From contig OZ249441.1 of NCBI GenBank assembly GCA_965235115.1, positions 4,836,001-4,900,000 of the forward strand: DNA of 64,000 nt. Direction: 5' to 3'. Below are positions 59,701-64,000 of this stretch, piece after piece. The notes under the pieces are model-generated. The model searched no databases, was not told the DNA's origin, and saw only the letters and a program-made list of their open reading frames with translations. Within the stretch, counting starts at the first letter, position 1. Each line of letters starts with the position of its first letter. This stretch comes from Laetmonice hystrix. Its lineage: Eukaryota. The position numbers and the translations under genes were made by a program.

Positions 59701-62452
59701 CACTTATATAATGTTGGGTTATAGTTACATGTTGTAGAAAATCTACAAAATATTTCAGGAAATAATTTTTTTCTGATGTACCAACCCTATTTTAAGGGGT
59801 TTACGTAGCCAGAATTCTAATTTTGATCTATTTTTTACCTAAGTTAGAGAGTGTAGATTATTGGATTGAGGTGTTCGGTTATGGCTGACTTCAGAGCCAG
59901 GCAGAAGAGGGCATACAACTTATTGTACAGGAGACAGTAAGGGGTGAGGGGTCAGAGAATGCCGCTGTAAGTACACGGCTACAAATCTGACCTTTACAGG
60001 GACTTGAAATCAGTACTCCTTCTCCATCTGTCATGTGGTGATGAAGTTACCTCTTCATTGTATGGAACCCCCTTAAAACTGTGTAGGAAGAAAGTAAGAT
60101 GAGCGTGTTAGTGGTAAAAAATCTAAGTTATGTCCCAGTATATCTGTGTAAGCTTTCATCACCATGTGATAGATCAAAGATCCCGTGAAAACAGTCACCA
60201 TTGTAAGTACAGTGCTAACTTCCAAAAGTTCGATCTCATCTGCTGAAAATTTCTTTTCTTGAGCCATTGGAATAGTTTCCCAAAGAAAAGTTCATGCTGG
60301 GAAGTTGACAGAAAAGATATGTTGCTAATTTACAATTGACACCTGGCATCTGTTTGGGCAGCTATAGGGTGTAGCATTGTATGGTGGAGATTGAGGGGTC
60401 TGAAGGAGTACAATGATAACGGTCCTAATCTAGCTGACCTGCATGGTGCCTGTCAATGTCAGGTCCCGGTGTCTGCGTGTATGTGAACATGGAGTCCACT
60501 GACTGTCTTCTGAAAATTACTGGTATATGTGTGCTGAAAGCTTGTCGAATTTCTTTTAGGTAAGCTGTGTTAATTGTCATAAGCTTCAGAGTAAAACAAA
60601 ACAATGTTTCAAAAGAACTCTTGCTATCCATATAAATGCATGCTCTTTCGGGATAGACGCGTTATAAAAATGTTATGTTTCTGGCAAGTCAGACAGTCAC
60701 TGGTTGGTGTGTGTGTGTGTGCGTGTGTTGTCTCCACGAACTCCTGCCTCGAAGTACAATAAAACAAATAGTGTGGAAGTGTGTTGAAACTAATCCAAAA
60801 ATCTGGATGAACGTCTTCCTGTAATCTTGTTTTAGTTTAACGTTTGAAAATGTCGTCCCGTCAAGCTGTTAGGTTACTAAGCATCATGATGAAGTCACTG
60901 TAACGCTTCTAGTATTATAACACTAACCAATCGCTTATGATCAAAGTTGTCAGGAGGAGAGTACAATGTATATCTTGTAGTCAGGTCAGGTCGAGATGTA
61001 TATGAACTAAAAGTCAGTAAAGTCAAACGACTTCTTCATAAAGCAAAATATCATTCCATCAGAGGTGGCCATGGCCATACAATCATTTACTCCCCTGGTC
61101 AAAGCAAACTCTCAAATTACGGATATCAAGAAGGAACCAAATGTATAACTTAACATACTGATGATGAAACTTGCTCAAAGAAAACACTGACGATATGAAT
61201 GCATGTGAAGGGTCCACCTTATGTTAGCTATATAACAACAGTGATTGTTTGAGATAGAGTACCGGTAGAACGTAAAGTCTATCCATGATATGCTGAGTTT
61301 GATACCGGTCTCCCCCCCCCACCCCACCCCATTCCGACCTCCGCCCCACAACGACCGAGAGTGACTGGTCTCACTTTGTTTCTATCACAAGAAACCTGTA
61401 CCTGACGTGAGTATATCAGGAACAAAGGATAGTTGTACACCCCCCTCCCCTTCCCAACACACACACAGCACACTGGGCACACCAGCCGTTTATTTCCATG
61501 CAAAGCCTTTCCATATTGCTAATGATATTGCTGAGAAAACTGTCACATTTCAGGTCACAGACTACCCACACATCATCCACCGTTATCAGTTCATTTGTTA
61601 TGGATACTTTTCATAAGCATATTCCCATTATTATATTCATTATAAAGTTTAATTTATATAATCCCTTAGTTTTTCTGGGGTTATATCGAAGCTAGCTACC
61701 TTCAGTGACCTTGTTAATTCAGTTTTGCTATCTCAAGAATAAGAGTTTTTGTTTTGTCCTGGCTTGCAGTCAGTTTCCACTGGAGACATGATTAGGAGCA
61801 TGGCTATGATCTTAAGTCCAGCATGACTAGTTTTGCTGCAGCCCAGATTGTCCTATTTACTAGATCAGATTTAGTCGCAGACAGCATGGATTATTATGCA
61901 GTTAGCATTTAATAGTTTTATAGATACTCCTGACCTTTCTCCAGTGCATTATCGATTAAGAAATTGCAATTAATTTTATGATAGCACTCTTTGCTGTATA
62001 AATTTGACTTTTTTTTATAATTTGTAATATGATTACAGCCTGTTATGAAGTATTATCTCTATATAAGATTGGTTCCCAGTTCGTGAATATAAGGAAATAT
62101 TTTATTTGCTATAATTTAAGCATGAATTCATATATTTCATCCTATATTTTTCTAATGTTAGTTAACTGAAATTAAACATCTTAACACATGTGCACAAACT
62201 GACATGAAACCAAACTATCCAAGAATAATCCCAGATGGAATCATTAATCCACTAGTAGTATGTAAGATTCTGAACGTTAATCTGCCTACAGAAGCGAACT
62301 CCACTAGAAGTGTCCATGCTCCAGTTCTTCTACGCCTACATTAAGCGAACTCCTGGAGTTCAGCTACTCGATTCATGGCCATCATTCTTAGCTCTCCTCC
62401 GGGAAAGTCTCCAGCTCAACCTCACCCCTCCAGGCCAGTTCCTCCTGCTTGT
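44743..62452 (+). CDS. DOP1A: Dopey/DOP1 family leucine-zipper-like Golgi-endosome trafficking protein (MON2 partner), 3'-incomplete
   Basis: Exons 44743-44889, 45214-45566, 45835-46024, 47072-47247, 47455-47881, 48143-48397, 48675-49439, 49659-49920, 50266-50552, 50828-50980, 52208-52311, 52652-52804, 52926-54938, 55227-55452, 58016-58201, 58833-58958, 59300-59440 and 62292-62452 (~2041 codons, no stop yet). Dopey_N hallmarks: [65 protein letters not shown]. The last exon, [14 protein letters not shown]...PPGQFLLL, matches the DOP1A interior as recalled. The 47881/48143 and 49439/49659 junctions are less certain. DOP1A is the closest vertebrate name; invertebrates usually have one DOP1 gene. 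Confidence 0.93.
46007..46878. repeat. Minisatellite of mixed 70-bp and 36-bp units containing the DOP1 coding exon-3 donor (15 copies of CTG|GTGAGT)
   Basis: CCTGGTGAGT occurs at 46021, 46091, 46161, 46197, 46267, 46303, 46339, 46409, 46445, 46515, 46585, 46655, 46691, 46761 and 46831. Confidence 0.95.
58366..58778. repeat. Minisatellite, ~104-bp unit, 4 copies, in a DOP1 intron
   Basis: GCTGCCAACCCAAGGAACCCAGCCAGTCAGCAGGTCAT... starts at 58368, 58472, 58576 and 58677. Confidence 0.95.
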
Positions 62453-63675
62453 GTAAGTACCCCTTTTTACTCTCTCAGAAATTTTGCATATGCAGGCTGT
62501 GTGATAAACACCCAAAAGGGTTTCTTTGGGCGGAAGGGTGATTTCACTATGGTAACATCCCTATGACATTGAGGTAGATCCCCAATGTCACAACCCTTCG
62601 ATATTGACGGGGAATATTCTGATCCCGTTTCAGGAATTTTATGGCAACTTTACTATGGAGGATTAACCATATTGGGTATGTGTAGGTAGGGCAGGCCTGG
62701 GAATAGGATGGAGGGTCGGGGTGTGGTCTGGGGGATGGGGTTATGGGATGGGGTTAATTTCAAGAATATGGATAGATTTTCTTTCTCTTTAGGTGTGAAA
62801 ATGTGTCATTATTTGTTCTGCATGACTTTTTAAATTATTTTTTTATTCTGTTCACACATGGATGTATATAATCAGTACTCAATATTAGTATCACATTGGT
62901 CTGATTGGACAGGGATGCATACCTAAGCTCGAGCCTAATTAACTTAATTACCTTGTCAGGTAATAATGTGTTAAATATCACATTACACATATCACACCTT
63001 GCTGACCCCCCACCCCCCCCCCCCACCCCACCCACACCCCCAATACACACTTGACAGATCTGGATTTAATGGATACCAGAAACAATAGCATGGTCCCTCT
63101 AATGCCAGGTAATACAGCCTGCCACCCCTGTTTAACAGAATGGTTCAGCTAGCTTTCTCCAACTACTCCCTGAGAAATAAAAAAAAGTGTGTCACAGTCA
63201 CAGCCGGTTGCATGGGGTGGGAGGCACATTGTCAGACGTGGTTATGTGACAGGTTGTAACAACTCAAGCATGCAATGAGTGGACCACTGATTTGTGGCTG
63301 CGGTGTGACCCAGTGGTTGGAGTGTTGGCACTGAGGCCCGGTACTGACCAGGTGTCAGTGTCAGACTGACCTCCTAACTGCATACATCAACTCAGTATAT
63401 GTGTCACACCTGTGCGCATCAGCAATTGCCTTTACCACGTACCCAGCAACTACTCGTGTGACTGACGGCACTGAGGGGTATTGTATTGATCGGCCCAGGC
63501 CGTGGCCATGTTGGAAGTGGGCAGGTTTAGGTGGTACATGGTAAACGAGAGTGAGCCATATTGATCAGGTTGTTCATAGACTGTGGCCAGTGTGGCAGTG
63601 ACTGTACGGTGCGCAGTCAGTCGACCAACAAAACACCCGACCCAAAACACGTCAGCAGCTACAGGGACCCCCAAC

Positions 63676-64000
63676 ATGGCGGCCCGCTATCCTGAGGACT
63701 CGCTGTCGGAGGATTTCCTCAGCTGTCTGATCTGCACGGAGCCCTACGAAAACCCCAAGGTGCTGCCATGCCACCATACGTTCTGTACGGGTTGTCTGGA
63801 CCGCTACTTCACCACCGTCCAGCAGGAGGGGCTGCAGGAACCGGGCACCCTGCCGTGCCCCGTGTGTCGGCGGGTGGTCACTATTCCCACGGCAGGCATA
63901 CAAGGTATTAATCAAGATGGCAATCTGCCTGCGCAGAAAGCGGCGGCTGCCACTGCAGAACCAATAGAGGATTTAGTGCTCAAGATTGAAAAGACTCCGT
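63676..64000 (+). CDS. RING-HC (C3HC4) zinc-finger protein N-terminus, TRIM-like (TRIM2/3/45/56/NHL type); runs off the window end
   Basis: My translation: MAARYPEDSLSEDFLSCLICTEPYENPKVLPCHHTFCTGCLDRYFTTVQQEGLQEPGTLPCPVCRRVVTIPTAGIQG... This gives C-x2-C...C-x-H-x2-C-x2-C...C-x2-C with the TRIM-typical PKxLPCxHTFC and CPxCR. ATG context is aacATGG. It is absent from the ORF track because no stop is reached. Confidence 0.85.
   Translation, partial: MAARYPEDSLSEDFLSCLICTEPYENPKVLPCHHTFCTGCLDRYFTTVQQEGLQEPGTLPCPVCRRVVTIPTAGIQGINQDGNLPAQKAAAATAEPIEDLVLKIEKTP

Noticed and set aside
55453-62291. Intronic C/D-box snoRNAs (several RTGATGA motifs, e.g. ~56245, ~60038, ~60886)
   Set aside because: I saw no properly spaced terminal CTGA D-box with a closing stem. 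An Infernal or snoscan run would be needed to exclude them formally.
34937-62452. U12-type (minor) introns in CHORDC1, TIMM13 or DOP1
   Set aside because: All assigned donors are GT with U2-type context, and none matches RTATCCTT.

Overview
This is animal (most likely invertebrate bilaterian) genomic DNA with GT-AG spliceosomal introns. It is not prokaryotic, so most short entries in the ORF track are noise. I reconstructed five genes by hand from splice sites, intron phases and protein homology. (1) A CIN85/CD2AP/cindr-family SH3 adaptor on the minus strand: SH3A, SH3B and the family KKVxGVGxGxIF motif are present, SH3C is not in the window. Its last visible exon is in phase with an unrecognised ~5 kb open frame at 1226-6219. 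(2) A complete 9-exon CHORDC1 on the plus strand (347 aa). (3) A complete 3-exon TIMM13 on the minus strand (91 aa). (4) An 18-exon DOP1/Dopey on the plus strand, 3'-incomplete (~2040 aa so far). (5) The start of a RING-HC, TRIM-like ORF at 63676 that runs off the window edge and probably lies inside a DOP1 intron. Introns and intergenic DNA hold many minisatellites, several MITEs with intact TIRs and target-site duplications, and a solo LTR next to the CHORDC1 promoter. The main leads are the giant in-phase exon with AKAP-like helices, two tandem arrays that multiply real splice sites, and the nested TRIM-like gene. I found no CRISPR array, rRNA or complete tRNA. All isoform and function statements are inferences that need RNA-seq or database checks.
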